IMG/VR virus record: IMGVR_UViG_2718217868_000001 | Location: 1 to 40,101 of that record | Strand: one strand, 5' to 3' | Origin: a virus | Taxonomy: Duplodnaviria > Heunggongvirae > Uroviricota > Caudoviricetes | DNA: 40,101 bases | Shown here: positions 8,329 to 17,843 of the stretch, piece after piece | Position numbering within the stretch: the first letter of the stretch is position 1 | How the letters are laid out: each line of letters starts with the position of its first letter | The notes under the pieces: generated by a model | Database searches by the model: none | Seen by the model: only the letters and a program-made list of their open reading frames with translations | Told to the model about the DNA's origin: nothing | Made by a program: the position numbers and the translations under genes

Positions 8329-8360
8329 GGAAAAAGAAAACCCGACACTAAGGTCGGGTT
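8329..8360 (-). terminator. Intrinsic terminator downstream of cI
   Basis: Hairpin acccgac/gtcgggt followed by a TTTTCTTTTT run on the minus strand, directly after the cI stop. Confidence 0.6.
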
Positions 8361-8390
8361 ATTGTTGTGTGCTTTAGAGTGGTGAGGCTG

Positions 8391-9044
8391 TTAACTAAAT
8401 GTCTCTTCAGGCCACTGGCTGGCGATAACTTTCCCTACAACGGAACAGCTATCATTGCATGGGATCATTGGATATTGCGGGTTTAGTGGCTGTAGGAACA
8501 CCTGACCGCTATCCCTGATCAGTTTCTTGAAGGTAAACTCGTCACCACCAAGTCTGGCTATGCAGAAATCACCTGGCTCAACAGCCTGCTCAGGGTCAAC
8601 GAGAATTAACATCCCGTCAGGAAAGCTTGGCTTGGATCCTGTTGGCGCGGTCATGGAATTACCTTCAACTTCAAGCCAGAACGCACAATCACTGGCTTTT
8701 TTGGTTGTGCTGACCCATCTCTCCGCATCACCTTTGGTAAAGGTTCTAAGCTCAGGCGAGAACATCCCGGCCTGAACATGAGAAAAAACAGGGTACTCAT
8801 ATTGTTTTTTAACGGGGGCAGATGAGTATTCGCCAACAGGTGAAAATGTACCGTCGTGGTTGAATGAGACGTTATCAATACCAAGGTATTTAAACACCAC
8901 ACCAATCTCGTCAAGAGATGGATGACGAGATCCGCGCAACCAGTGACCAATTCCACCCTGCGTCATACCAAGCTCTTCAGCTAACTTCTCTTGAGTTATG
9001 CCGAGCTCTTTCATTCTGGATCTAGCCAGTTCATACCATTTCAT
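8391..9044 (-). CDS. cI: CI-type prophage repressor with a lambda-like C-terminal S24 autoprotease domain and a heterologous N-terminal HTH domain
   Basis: The C-terminal ~135 aa (..[36 protein letters not shown]..) is nearly identical to lambda cI; the N-terminal ~80 aa is an unrelated XRE-type HTH. Start at 9044 or 9050 (the six-frame ORF extends to 9092). Confidence 0.85.
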   Translation of the reverse strand: MKWYELARSRMKELGITQEKLAEELGMTQGGIGHWLRGSRHPSLDEIGVVFKYLGIDNVSFNHDGTFSPVGEYSSAPVKKQYEYPVFSHVQAGMFSPELRTFTKGDAERWVSTTKKASDCAFWLEVEGNSMTAPTGSKPSFPDGMLILVDPEQAVEPGDFCIARLGGDEFTFKKLIRDSGQVFLQPLNPQYPMIPCNDSCSVVGKVIASQWPEETFS

Positions 9045-9106
9045 TTTCATACCCTTATTATTACGCTCTGTACTAAAATCATCCATGCACAAGATGTATT
9101 TTTTGT

Positions 9107-9135
9107 TTGCATTCTAAAAGTACATATCGTATTAT
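9107..9135 (+). promoter_or_regulatory. PR-like rightward early promoter
   Basis: -35 TTGCAT, 17-bp spacer, -10 TATTAT, about 25 bp upstream of cro; inverted GTAC half-sites nearby. Confidence 0.55.
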
Positions 9136-9161
9136 TGTTTCATGGTTACTATGGAGGGCAT

Positions 9162-9377
9162 ATGAGCAACCTACGAAAATATCGAGAGTCACTGAATATC
9201 TCTCAAACAACACTTGCTAAGGCAGTTGGATGCACACAGGGAGCTATCGGACATTGGGAATCTGGTCGTCGCTTCCCAGACCTTAAAACATGCCGTGCTC
9301 TTGTTGAGTGCCTAAACAAGTTAGGCGCAAAAGTCAGTCTTGATGACGTGTTCCCGCCGGAACACAAAGTCGCTTAA
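9162..9377 (+). CDS. cro: Cro-like HTH repressor (71 aa)
   Basis: GGAGGG site then ATG; XRE-type HTH with a TQGAIGHWESG helix similar to the cI N-terminal domain; divergent from cI. Confidence 0.8.
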   Translation: MSNLRKYRESLNISQTTLAKAVGCTQGAIGHWESGRRFPDLKTCRALVECLNKLGAKVSLDDVFPPEHKVA

Positions 9378-9386
9378 GACATTCTA

Positions 9387-9417
9387 GCTCTTACACATCA
9401 CAGCCCTGAAAAAGGGC
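9387..9417 (+). promoter_or_regulatory. nutR (boxA plus boxB)
   Basis: GCTCTTACA followed by GCCCTGAAAAAGGGC, matching lambda nutR; the tR1-like region follows. Confidence 0.85.
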
Positions 9418-9496
9418 ATCAAATTAAACCACACCTATGGTGTATGCATTTATTTGCATACATTCAATCAATTGTTATCTAAGGAAATACTTACAT

Positions 9497-9775
9497 ATGC
9501 AACTTACAAGTACTCGCAAGAAAGCGAATGCAATTACAAGCAACATCCTGAATCGAATTGCTGTACGTGGCCAGCGAAAGGTTGCTGATGCATTAGGGAT
9601 CAATGAATCGCAAATTTCGCGATGGAAAGACAGCTTCATCCCAAAAATGGGAATGCTTCTGGCTGTTCTTGAATGGGGTGTTGAAGACGAGGAGTTGGCG
9701 GAACTGGCTAAGAAAGTAGCCAGAATGCTGACAAAAGAAAAAGCCCCGAAGAACGGCGAATTCTTCGAGGCCTAA
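9497..9775 (+). CDS. cII: CII transcriptional activator (lambda CII-like, 92 aa)
   Basis: ..GINESQISRWKDSFIPKMGMLLAVLEWGVEDEELAELAKKVA.. closely matches lambda CII; AAGGAAA site; start at 9497 within the six-frame ORF 9437..9775. Confidence 0.85.
   Translation: MQLTSTRKKANAITSNILNRIAVRGQRKVADALGINESQISRWKDSFIPKMGMLLAVLEWGVEDEELAELAKKVARMLTKEKAPKNGEFFEA
9731..9770 (-). terminator. Minus-strand intrinsic terminator inside the cII 3' end (oop-like antisense RNA terminator)
   Basis: The minus strand forms a 10-bp stem CCUCGAAGAA/UUCUUCGGGG followed by a U-rich tract; the position is analogous to the lambda oop RNA terminator. Confidence 0.45.
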
Positions 9776-9809
9776 TGTAGAAAGACTGGATCAATCCACG
9801 GGAGTAATT

Positions 9810-9971
9810 ATGACAAAACGTCGTAAGAAATACCAGGAAAAAGAAGAGATTCGACACCCTGATTCACCTGAGGGATTAGTGGTAGCCGCAGCAAATAACA
9901 GGGCGTTCGCAGAGCGCCTTGTTGGTGTTTACAGACTAGCCAAAGCAGGAGTGAAACATGGGCGTCGTTAA
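9810..9971 (+). CDS. Hypothetical small basic protein (53 aa) between cII and the replication gene
   Basis: GGAG site then ATG at 9810; overlaps the start of the O-like gene. Could instead be non-coding (oop promoter region). Confidence 0.3.
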   Translation: MTKRRKKYQEKEEIRHPDSPEGLVVAAANNRAFAERLVGVYRLAKAGVKHGRR

Positions 9972-10779
9972 GTTAGCTGATTACAGGCCTCAACTGGAGG
10001 TCGTGGAGCATCGCGTGGCAGATACCGAAGATGGTTTCATGCGCGTTGCTAACGAGATTACCGACAGTCTGCTGATGGCTGATTTAACCGTCCGGCAGCT
10101 GAAGGTGATGCTCGCTATCATGCGCAAGACATACGGATTCAATAAGCCGATGGATCGACTCACAAACACGCAGATAGCAGCCATGACAGGTATTCATCAC
10201 ACTCATGTTTGCGCTGCCAAGCGCCAGCTTATCGAGCGTAAATTCCTCATTGCTGATGGCGTGAAAATCGGAGTGAACAAGGTGGTTTCTCAGTGGATTA
10301 GCCAGGACAGCTTAACATTAGCTAAAACAGCTAATAAAACATTAGCCAAGTCGGCTAATGGGTATAAGCCAAGTCAGCTAAACACAAAAGACAATATACA
10401 AAAGACAATAAATACAAATACCCCCTTACCCCCTAACGGGGGCGGCGATGGGCAGGTTAAACCTGAACGTCGCAAGGCAGAACGAATCGACTACGAATCC
10501 TTCCTGAACGCCTACAACACCGAAGTCGGTGACAGACTTCCACATGCTGTTGCGGTCAACGAGAAACGCAAACGCCGCCTGAAGAAAATCATCCCGCAAC
10601 TGAAAACGCCAAACGTGGACGGTTTCAGAGCGTATGTCAGGGCGTTTGTGCATCAGGCCAAGCCGTTTTACTTCGGAGACAACGACACGGGCTGGACGGC
10701 TGATTTTGATTACCTGCTGAGAGAAGACTCGTTAACGGGAGTTCGGGAAGGGAAGTTTGCAGACAGGGGGATTGCATGA
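9958..10779 (+). CDS. Replication initiator, lambda O-like N-terminal domain (P22 gene 18-type)
   Basis: [32 protein letters not shown].. parallels the lambda O N-terminal domain; internal iterons; followed by a DnaB-type helicase as in P22. Confidence 0.8.
   Translation: MGVVKLADYRPQLEVVEHRVADTEDGFMRVANEITDSLLMADLTVRQLKVMLAIMRKTYGFNKPMDRLTNTQIAAMTGIHHTHVCAAKRQLIERKFLIADGVKIGVNKVVSQWISQDSLTLAKTANKTLAKSANGYKPSQLNTKDNIQKTINTNTPLPPNGGGDGQVKPERRKAERIDYESFLNAYNTEVGDRLPHAVAVNEKRKRRLKKIIPQLKTPNVDGFRAYVRAFVHQAKPFYFGDNDTGWTADFDYLLREDSLTGVREGKFADRGIA
10311..10420. promoter_or_regulatory. Putative replication origin: iteron cluster plus AT-rich tract inside the O-like gene
   Basis: Repeated AGCTAA/GCCAAGTC motifs at roughly 11-bp spacing (10311..10385) followed by an A-rich stretch (10386..10420), analogous to lambda ori inside O. 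Confidence 0.5.
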
Positions 10780-12152
10780 GACAGGATATCGAAGCGAGCG
10801 TTATCGGTGGCCTGCTGATTGGTGGATTAACTCCAACCGCCAGCGACGTTCTGGCAACGCTAGAGCCGGAAGCGTTTTCAATTCCGCTCTACCGGAAAGC
10901 CTTCGAGGTTATTCGCAAGCAGGCGAGAAACAGAAACCTAATCGATGCGCTGATGGTTGCCGAGGCGTGCGGAGAGGAGCATTTCACGTCAATCCTGATG
11001 ACCAGCAAAAACTGCCCGAGCGCCGCAAACCTGAAGGGATATGCCGGAATGGTCGCGGATAACTATCACCGCCGTCTGGTGCTGGAAATCATGGATGAAA
11101 TGCGTGAACCAATCCAAAGCGGAACCATCGACGCATCGAGTCAGGCGATGGATGAACTTGTAAAGCGTCTTTCAGCCATCAGAAAGCCCCGTGACGAGGT
11201 TAAACCTGTACGGTTAGGGGAAATCATCACTGACTACACTGACACGCTTGACAGGCGTCTGAGGAACGGAGAAGAGTCAGATACCCTGAAGACCGGAATC
11301 GACGAACTTGACGCCATCACCGGAGGGATGAACGCAGAAGACCTGGTGATTATCGCCGCTCGTCCTGGTATGGGTAAAACCGAACTGGCGCTGAAGATTG
11401 CCGAAGGCGTTGCAAGCCGCGTTATTCCTGGTTCTGACGTCCGGCGCGGAGTGTTGATTTTCTCGATGGAAATGAGCGCATTGCAGATTGCAGAGCGAAG
11501 TATTGCCAACGCCGGGAGGATGTCGGTTAGCGTACTGCGAAATCCTGCATCGATGGATGACGAAGGCTGGGCGCGTGTTGCTAACGGCATGAGTCAGCTT
11601 GCAGATTTGGATGTATGGGTAGTCGATGCCTCGCGGTTATCGGTCGAAGAAATACGCTCAATCGCAGAACGGCACAAACAGGAAAACCCAAACCTGTCAC
11701 TCATCATGGCGGATTATCTTGGCCTGATTGAGAAGCCGAAAGCAGACCGCAACGACCTTGCAATTGCTCACATCTCCGGAAGCCTGAAGGCGATGGCGAA
11801 GGACCTGAAAACGCCTGTTATCTCCCTGAGTCAGCTTTCGCGCGATGTTGAGAAGCGACCAAACAAACGCCCGACAAACGCAGATTTGCGTGATTCAGGA
11901 AGCATTGAACAGGACGCAGACTCAATCATCATGCTCTATCGGGAAGCGGTATATGACGAGAACAGTAGCGCCGCGCCATTTGCTGAAATCATTGTGACGA
12001 AAAACCGTTTTGGCTCGCTTGGTACGGTTTACCAGCGGTTCTGTAACGGACACTTTGTTGCATGTGACCAGGATGAAGCCAGACAGATTTGCACACCATC
12101 AAATGCACCTGCTGCGCGTGGCAGACGATATGCACAAGGGGCTGACGTATGA
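10776..12152 (+). CDS. DnaB-family replicative helicase (P22 gene 12-like)
   Basis: 458 aa with a Walker A motif ([15 protein letters not shown]) and overall DnaB-like layout. Confidence 0.85.
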   Translation: MRQDIEASVIGGLLIGGLTPTASDVLATLEPEAFSIPLYRKAFEVIRKQARNRNLIDALMVAEACGEEHFTSILMTSKNCPSAANLKGYAGMVADNYHRRLVLEIMDEMREPIQSGTIDASSQAMDELVKRLSAIRKPRDEVKPVRLGEIITDYTDTLDRRLRNGEESDTLKTGIDELDAITGGMNAEDLVIIAARPGMGKTELALKIAEGVASRVIPGSDVRRGVLIFSMEMSALQIAERSIANAGRMSVSVLRNPASMDDEGWARVANGMSQLADLDVWVVDASRLSVEEIRSIAERHKQENPNLSLIMADYLGLIEKPKADRNDLAIAHISGSLKAMAKDLKTPVISLSQLSRDVEKRPNKRPTNADLRDSGSIEQDADSIIMLYREAVYDENSSAAPFAEIIVTKNRFGSLGTVYQRFCNGHFVACDQDEARQICTPSNAPAARGRRYAQGADV

Positions 12153-12177
12153 CCATCTACATCACTGAGCTAATAAC

Positions 12178-12210
12178 AGGCCTGCTGGTAATCGCAGGCC
12201 TTTTTATTTG
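12178..12210 (+). terminator. Intrinsic terminator after the helicase gene (tR2-like position)
   Basis: Hairpin AGGCCTGC-loop-GCAGGCCT followed by TTTTTATTT. Confidence 0.7.
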
Positions 12211-12224
12211 GGGGAGAGTAAATC

Positions 12225-12431
12225 GTGGCTGAGTTTATGCTCGTCGCATTCAAATGCGTTGGCGTTGGATGGATTCTTCTGACGTTTTTTATTGTTCTGC
12301 ATAGCTACATTCGTCTTGTGAATGACGGTAAAGACCCATGGTATACGTTGTTTGGCGCTGCATTTGTCTGGGTGATTATCGGTGTTATGCCTGTTGTCGT
12401 AGCAAAAATGGCGTGGCGTTTTGTGAGTTGA
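12225..12431 (+). CDS. Small two-helix membrane protein (68 aa; GTG start, or ATG at 12237)
   Basis: GGGGAGAG site; two hydrophobic segments. Confidence 0.45.
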   Translation: MAEFMLVAFKCVGVGWILLTFFIVLHSYIRLVNDGKDPWYTLFGAAFVWVIIGVMPVVVAKMAWRFVS

Positions 12432-12448
12432 ACTGAGGGTAAGTATCG

Positions 12449-12733
12449 ATGGACGAATCAAGAAAGCAGTTTGAAGAAAGTTGGTTGCGACGTGGAGGCG
12501 AATCATCAGACCTTATCCGTTACCCTGAAAATCACCATGAAATTGGCAGTGGTGATATTGGTGGTCAATACGTGATGGACGATGTTCAAGGCCACTGGCA
12601 AACGTGGCAGGCATCGCGAGCAGCTATTGAAATTGAGTTGCCTGTATGGTTTGTCAGTGATGCTATTGCTGTGTACGACCGTGACGATATCGATGAATCC
12701 ATCCGCGCCGCTGGAATCAAAGTGAAGGAGTGA
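12449..12733 (+). CDS. Hypothetical nin-region protein (94 aa)
   Basis: ORF in the operon orientation between two small membrane-protein genes. Confidence 0.5.
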   Translation: MDESRKQFEESWLRRGGESSDLIRYPENHHEIGSGDIGGQYVMDDVQGHWQTWQASRAAIEIELPVWFVSDAIAVYDRDDIDESIRAAGIKVKE

Positions 12734-12921
12734 GAATGAGTCGACGAAGTAGCTTTTTGGGGTTTGTAATATTCCTGTCCTGCACTGGTTACATCGTAAT
12801 CTGGTCAATTTCGAACATTGACCGTGGCGTGGCATATCTCATTGTAATGTTCTTTCCTTTGTTTCTTGGGTGGTACGCCGCAAGGTTGCTGGAAGAATGG
12901 GGTTACAGGCATAAAAAATAA
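12730..12921 (+). CDS. Small two-helix membrane protein (63 aa)
   Basis: Overlaps the upstream stop; two hydrophobic segments. Confidence 0.45.
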   Translation: MRMSRRSSFLGFVIFLSCTGYIVIWSISNIDRGVAYLIVMFFPLFLGWYAARLLEEWGYRHKK

Positions 12922-12932
12922 AGGAGTGTTCA

Positions 12933-13343
12933 GTGAAGCAAACAATCTTCCTCCGAAGTAAGCAACAACAGCAAGCCGCAATCAACGCCATCCTCGCAAC
13001 ACCACTCGATAAAGACAAGCCAGTCACCATCCGCATTACTGACTACAAGCGCAACCTTGACCAGAACGCAAAATTTCACGCGATGCTGGCGGATATCGCT
13101 CGTCAGGTTCAATGGTGCGGCAAATGGTTAAAACCGGAACAATGGAAGGTTTTGTTGATTAGCGGTCATGCAGTGGCAACAAACCTGGAAGCTGATGTTT
13201 TGCCCGGGCTTGAAGGCGAATACGTCAACATTCGCGAAAGCAGCGCGCAGATGAGCGTGAAGCGCATGGCAAGTCTGATCGAGTACACAACAGCCTGGGC
13301 TATTGGTCAGGGTGTCAGATTTACCGACAGGAGGTACGAATGA
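12933..13343 (+). CDS. ninB: NinB (Orf-family recombination mediator)
   Basis: ..[27 protein letters not shown].. parallels lambda NinB (RSLDQNRKLWACLGDVSRQVEWHGRWL). Confidence 0.8.
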   Translation: MKQTIFLRSKQQQQAAINAILATPLDKDKPVTIRITDYKRNLDQNAKFHAMLADIARQVQWCGKWLKPEQWKVLLISGHAVATNLEADVLPGLEGEYVNIRESSAQMSVKRMASLIEYTTAWAIGQGVRFTDRRYE

Positions 13344-13516
13344 GACGACAGCGACGAAGTTTCACCGACATCATCTGCGAAAACTGCAAATACCTTCCAA
13401 CGAAACGCTCCAGAAATAAACGCAAGCCAATCCCAAAAGAATCTGACGTAAAAACCTTCAACTACACGGCTCACCTGTGGGATATCCGGTGGCTAAGACA
13501 TCGTGCGAGGAAATGA
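13340..13516 (+). CDS. Small basic nin-region protein (lambda NinD/NinE-type, 58 aa)
   Basis: [52 protein letters not shown].. matches a small lambda nin protein as I recall it; which nin letter is uncertain. Confidence 0.7.
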   Translation: MRRQRRSFTDIICENCKYLPTKRSRNKRKPIPKESDVKTFNYTAHLWDIRWLRHRARK

Positions 13517-13860
13517 CAATGGATTATTCACAGTTAAGTGATTTTGAAATTAACAGAATGGTAGGAGACATAATTTTTAAAGGCCTTTGGGCATGTAAAC
13601 CGGAAACGTCAGGGAATAACACCAACAAATGGTATTACGGAAATGCTGATACAACTTTTGAGCCATTAAACCCTTTACCTGACTACTGCAATGATCCGAG
13701 CGCTTCATGGCCGATTATTGAGAAATACAGGATTTCTATCTTAGACCAGTTAACTGAATGGTGTGTGGATGCAAAAGGCGTAAGCCCAATATTTGATACC
13801 AGACCTCTCCGCGCCGCCATGATTGTCTTTCTCCTGATGCAGGAGGCCAATAATGCTTAG
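13513..13860 (+). CDS. Hypothetical nin-region protein (NinX-like position, about 115 aa)
   Basis: ATGA overlap with the upstream gene; the six-frame ORF starts at 13477. Confidence 0.55.
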   Translation: MTMDYSQLSDFEINRMVGDIIFKGLWACKPETSGNNTNKWYYGNADTTFEPLNPLPDYCNDPSASWPIIEKYRISILDQLTEWCVDAKGVSPIFDTRPLRAAMIVFLLMQEANNA

Positions 13861-14029
13861 CCCATCCCAATCCCTTCAATACCAGAAAGAAAGCGTCGAG
13901 CGGGCTTTAACGTGCGCTAATTGCGGTCAGAAGCTGCATGTGCTGGAAGTTCACGTATGTGAGCACTGCTGCGCAGAACTGATGAGCGATCCGAATAGCT
14001 CAATGTTCGAGGAAGAAGACGATGAGTGA
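13853..14029 (+). CDS. Small Cys-rich nin-region protein (lambda NinE/NinF-type, 58 aa)
   Basis: [15 protein letters not shown] motif; overlapping start and stop with its neighbours. Confidence 0.6.
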   Translation: MLSPSQSLQYQKESVERALTCANCGQKLHVLEVHVCEHCCAELMSDPNSSMFEEEDDE

Positions 14030-14291
14030 TTTCTCTGAGCTTATTTCCTTCAAAAAAGACAGAGAAGAAATGCGGACTGAATCTGTCTATTACGTTCAAC
14101 ACCGGAATAAACGCTCTGTGCTTGATCAGGAGCTGGTTATTACCGGAGACCTGGCATTCAGAACATATAAGGCCAGCATGGAAATGAAGGATTTCCCTAA
14201 ATGTGGTTCTGAAAGAGAAGCCGCGTTAAAGCTGGCTGAGTGGATGCAGAGAATGGCTGCTGCAATTGAGAATTACTGGAGTGAACCATAA
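14022..14291 (+). CDS. Hypothetical nin-region protein (89 aa)
   Basis: ORF in the operon, translationally coupled to its neighbours. Confidence 0.55.
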   Translation: MSDFSELISFKKDREEMRTESVYYVQHRNKRSVLDQELVITGDLAFRTYKASMEMKDFPKCGSEREAALKLAEWMQRMAAAIENYWSEP

Positions 14292-14581
14292 TGGCTAACC
14301 TACGCAAAGAAGCGCGCGGCAGAGAATGCCAGGTACGTATTTACGGCATATGCAATGGCAATCCTGAAACTACAGTTCTGGCACATTACCGGATGGCTGG
14401 AATTTGCGGAACGGGGATGAAGCCTGACGACCTGATCGGTGCGTGGGCTTGTAGCGCGTGTCACGATGAAATCGACCGACGCACCCATAACCTCGACAAC
14501 AAAGACGCCAGACTTTACCACCTCGAAGGCGTGATCAGGACGCAGTCGATACTGCTGAAGGAGGGGAAGATTAAGTCATGA
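14291..14581 (+). CDS. Cys-rich nin-region protein (96 aa), putative zinc-binding
   Basis: CQVRIYGIC .. CSACH motifs. Confidence 0.55.
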   Translation: MANLRKEARGRECQVRIYGICNGNPETTVLAHYRMAGICGTGMKPDDLIGAWACSACHDEIDRRTHNLDNKDARLYHLEGVIRTQSILLKEGKIKS

Positions 14582-14940
14582 GCGAATATCAGTTTGTGCT
14601 TCCATACCCGCCGTCGGTGAACACCTACTGGCGAAGACGGGGAAGCCAATACTACATCAGCGATAAAGGCCAGAAATACCGAAAAGACGTTCAGCAAATC
14701 ATCCGCCAACTTAAGTTAGACATTTTCACCAAATCACGACTCCGCATCAAAGTCATCGCAGACGTTCCAGACTCCCGCCGCCGCGACCTCGACAACATCC
14801 TGAAAGGTTTACTCGACTCCCTTATCCACGCCGGATTTGCGGAAGACGACGAGCAATTCGATGACATTCGCGTAATTCGTGGCGTGAAAGTACCAGGCGG
14901 AAGGCTTGGAATAAAAATCACCGAACTGGAGAACGCATGA
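14578..14940 (+). CDS. rusA: RusA Holliday-junction resolvase
   Basis: ..LPYPPSVNTYWRRRG..DVPDSRRRDLDNILKGLLDSL.. matches RusA-family motifs. Confidence 0.85.
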   Translation: MSEYQFVLPYPPSVNTYWRRRGSQYYISDKGQKYRKDVQQIIRQLKLDIFTKSRLRIKVIADVPDSRRRDLDNILKGLLDSLIHAGFAEDDEQFDDIRVIRGVKVPGGRLGIKITELENA

Positions 14941-15125
14941 ACGCCACAATTCAAACGATACCAGAGCTTCTTATCCAGACACGAGGCAATCAGACTGAAG
15001 TGGCAAGGATGCTTTCCTGCGCAAGAGGAACAGTGCTCAAGTACAACCGAGACAGCAAAGGCGAGCGTCATGTAATAGTTAACGGCGTCCTGATGGTCAA
15101 ACAGGGCAAGAGGGGAAGACGATGA
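14937..15125 (+). CDS. ninH: NinH-like protein
   Basis: ..GNQTEVARMLSCARGTVLKY.. parallels lambda NinH. Confidence 0.7.
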   Translation: MNATIQTIPELLIQTRGNQTEVARMLSCARGTVLKYNRDSKGERHVIVNGVLMVKQGKRGRR

Positions 15126-15745
15126 GACTCGAAAGCGTAGCTAAATTTCATTCGCCAAAAAGCCCGATGATGAGCGACTCACCACGGGCCACGGCTTCTG
15201 ACTCTCTTTCCGGTACTGATGTGATGGCTGCTATGGGGATGGCGCAATCACAAGCCGGATTCGGAATGGCTGCATTCTGCGGTAAGCATGAACTCAGCCA
15301 GAACGACAAACAAAAGGCTATCAACTATCTGATGCAATTTGCACACAAGGTATCGGGGAAATACCGTGGTGTGGCAAAGCTTGAAGGAAATACTAAGGCA
15401 AAGGTACTGCAAGTGCTCGCAACATTCGCTTATGCGGATTATTGCCGTAGTGCCGCGACGCCGGGCGCAAGATGCAGAGATTGCCACGGTACAGGCCGTG
15501 CGGTTGATATTGCCAAAACAGAGCAGTGGGGGAGAGTTGTCGAGAAAGAGTGCGGAAGATGCAAAGGCGTCGGCTATTCCAGGATGCCAGCAAGCGCCGC
15601 ATATCGCGCTGTAACGATGCTAATCCCAAACCTTACCCAACCCACCTGGTCACGCACTGTTAAGCCGCTGTATGACGCTCTGGTGGTGCAATGCCACAAA
15701 GAAGAGTCAATCGCAGACAACATTTTGAATGCGGTCACACGTTAG
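15122..15745 (+). CDS. Q: Late-gene antiterminator Q (lambda Q-type)
   Basis: 207 aa beginning MRLESVAKFHSPKSPMMSDSPRATASD.., essentially the lambda Q sequence as I recall it, with the Zn-finger region CRDCHGTG..CGRCKG. Confidence 0.9.
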   Translation: MRLESVAKFHSPKSPMMSDSPRATASDSLSGTDVMAAMGMAQSQAGFGMAAFCGKHELSQNDKQKAINYLMQFAHKVSGKYRGVAKLEGNTKAKVLQVLATFAYADYCRSAATPGARCRDCHGTGRAVDIAKTEQWGRVVEKECGRCKGVGYSRMPASAAYRAVTMLIPNLTQPTWSRTVKPLYDALVVQCHKEESIADNILNAVTR

Positions 15746-15787
15746 CAGCATGATTGCCACGGATGGCAACATATTAACGGCATAATA

Positions 15788-15816
15788 TTGACTTTTTGAA
15801 TAAAGTTGGGTAAATT
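15788..15816 (+). promoter_or_regulatory. PR' late promoter with the qut region
   Basis: -35 TTGACT, 17-bp spacer, -10 TAAATT, matching the lambda PR' arrangement immediately downstream of Q. Confidence 0.8.
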
Positions 15817-15851
15817 TGACTCAACGATGGATAAATGCACTCGTTAAATAA

Positions 15852-15889
15852 AGCCCTGAGTTAATAGCTTGGGGCTTTTTGCGTTTTAA
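15852..15889 (+). terminator. tR'-type intrinsic terminator shortly downstream of PR'
   Basis: Hairpin aaagccc-loop-gggcttt followed by a T-rich tract about 35-65 nt from the predicted start. Confidence 0.5.
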
Positions 15890-16178
15890 GCACGGCCTTT
15901 CTGAAAGCACGTCAAACCAAATACCAGACAGACAAAAATAATCACCTTATCCGCTGTGGCTACGGTGCGGTGTGCTTTGCATAAAAGAAAACCAGCGCAA
16001 TGGCTGGCTTCGTGAAAGCGGGTGACAGGAGGTTGCGCTAACAACCTCATGCCGTTTTGCCCGTGCATATCGGTCACGAACAAATCTGATTACTAAACAC
16101 AGTAGCCTGGATTTGTTCTATCAGTAATCGACCTTATTCCTAATTAAATAGAGCAAATCCCCTTATTGGGGGTAAGAC

Positions 16179-16502
16179 ATGAAGATGCCAGAAAAACATG
16201 ACCTGTTAGCCGCCATTCTCGCGGCAAAGGAACAAGGCATCGGGGCAATCCTTGCGTTTGCAATGGCGTACCTTCGCGGCAGATATAATGGCGGTGCGTT
16301 TACAAAAACAGTAATCGACGCAACGATGTGCGCCATTATCGCCTGGTTCATTCGTGACCTTCTCGACTTCGCCGGACTAAGTAGCAATCTCGCTTATATA
16401 ACGAGCGTGTTCATCGGCTACATCGGTACTGACTCGATTGGTTCGCTTATCAAACGCTTCGCTGCTAAAAAAGCCGGAGTAGAAGATGGTGGAAATCAAT
16501 AA
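16179..16502 (+). CDS. S: Holin S (lambda S107/S105)
   Basis: [41 protein letters not shown].. is near-identical to lambda S, including the dual-start MKM. Confidence 0.95.
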   Translation: MKMPEKHDLLAAILAAKEQGIGAILAFAMAYLRGRYNGGAFTKTVIDATMCAIIAWFIRDLLDFAGLSSNLAYITSVFIGYIGTDSIGSLIKRFAAKKAGVEDGGNQ

Positions 16503-16962
16503 TCAACGTAAGGCGTTCCTCGATATGCTGGCATGGTCAGAGGGAACTGATAACGGACGACAGAAAACCAGAAATCATGGTTATGACGTCATTGTTGGCG
16601 GAGAGCTATTCACTGATTACTCCGATCACCCTCGCAAACTTGTCACGCTAAACCCCAAACTCAAATCAACAGCCGCCGGACGTTACCAACTTCTTTCCCG
16701 TTGGTGGGATGCCTATCGCAAGCAGCTTGGCCTGAAAGACTTCTCTCCGAAAAGCCAGGACGCTGTGGCACTGCAGCAGATTAAGGAGCGTGGCGCTTTA
16801 CCGATGATTGATCGCGGTGATATTCGTCAGGCTATCGACCGTTGCAGCAATATCTGGGCTTCACTGCCGGGCGCTGGTTATGGTCAGTTCGAGCATAAGG
16901 CTGACAACCTGATTGCAAAATTCAAAGAAGCAGGCGGAACGGTCAGAGAGATTGAGGTATGA
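16486..16962 (+). CDS. R: Endolysin R (lambda R lytic transglycosylase)
   Basis: [39 protein letters not shown].. is near-identical to lambda R. Confidence 0.95.
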   Translation: MVEINNQRKAFLDMLAWSEGTDNGRQKTRNHGYDVIVGGELFTDYSDHPRKLVTLNPKLKSTAAGRYQLLSRWWDAYRKQLGLKDFSPKSQDAVALQQIKERGALPMIDRGDIRQAIDRCSNIWASLPGAGYGQFEHKADNLIAKFKEAGGTVREIEV

Positions 16963-17396
16963 GCAGAGTCACCGCGATTATCTCCGCTCTGGTTATCTGC
17001 ATCATCGTCTGCCTGTCATTGGCTGTTAATCATTACCGTGATAATGCAATCGCCTACAAAGAGCAGCGCGATAAAGCCACATCCATCATCGCTGATATGC
17101 AGAAGCGGCAACATGATGTAGCAGAACTCGACGCCAGATACACAAAGGAGCTTGCTGATGCTAACGCGACTATCGAAAGTCTCCGTGCTGATGTTTCTGC
17201 TGGGCGTAAGCGCCTGCAAGTCGCCGCCACCTGTGCAAAGTCAACGACCGGAGCCAGCAGCATGGGCGATGGAGAAAGCCCAAGACTTACAGCAGATGCT
17301 GAACTCAATTATTACCGTCTCCGAAGTGGAATCGACAAGATAACCGCGCAGGTTAACTATCTGCAGGAATACATCAGGACGCAATGCCTTCGATGA
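16959..17396 (+). CDS. Rz: Spanin inner-membrane subunit Rz
   Basis: [20 protein letters not shown].. N-terminal transmembrane segment plus coiled coil, lambda Rz-like. Confidence 0.9.
   Translation: MSRVTAIISALVICIIVCLSLAVNHYRDNAIAYKEQRDKATSIIADMQKRQHDVAELDARYTKELADANATIESLRADVSAGRKRLQVAATCAKSTTGASSMGDGESPRLTADAELNYYRLRSGIDKITAQVNYLQEYIRTQCLR
17152..17343 (+). CDS. Rz1: Spanin outer-membrane lipoprotein Rz1, embedded in Rz in the +1 frame
   Basis: Signal peptide with a lipobox (LGVSAC) followed by a proline-rich segment, fully inside Rz. Confidence 0.75.
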   Translation: MLMLTRLSKVSVLMFLLGVSACKSPPPVQSQRPEPAAWAMEKAQDLQQMLNSIITVSEVESTR

Positions 17397-17843
17397 TAGC
17401 GATAATTTTACTCATCATCCTTCACATCTGGCTCTGTAGACAGGGTGGTGATCACTTCTGGAGTGAATCCAGATTAAACATCTCATTGCTGATGCTTGAT
17501 ATTGAGCATCTGGCGCGCGGTAAGGGGCTGCGTTGAGATAAGAGCCAGTTCATTACAAAGCCTATCTACGGATGGGCTTGATAATGAAACCAAAATTTAT
17601 TCTGGGTAACCAGTTACGGCAGTACAGCGAAACAACCCAAGCCAGAAAGTGGGGAAATAACACTGGCAGCCACTGAAAGATGAACCTCCTGCCTTATGGC
17701 AAAAAAGATTCTTTGTGGTGGCGGACTGATGGAAAGACATCGGTTATTGCAGAGGCCATTCAATGAGTGGTCTCGACAATGGCTTATACCCTGCACGGGA
17801 TAACTTAACTGATATCCCTTTTAACGGATAAACGGAGCCAACA

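Noticed and set aside
12204-12835. Minus-strand ORFs (100 and 109 aa) in the nin region
   Set aside because: Opposite to the rightward operon and overlapping plus-strand ORFs that have ribosome-binding sites and translational coupling.
15886-16387. Minus-strand ORFs (65 and 74 aa) around the S leader and inside S
   Set aside because: This region matches the lambda S leader and S gene; the antisense ORFs have no support.
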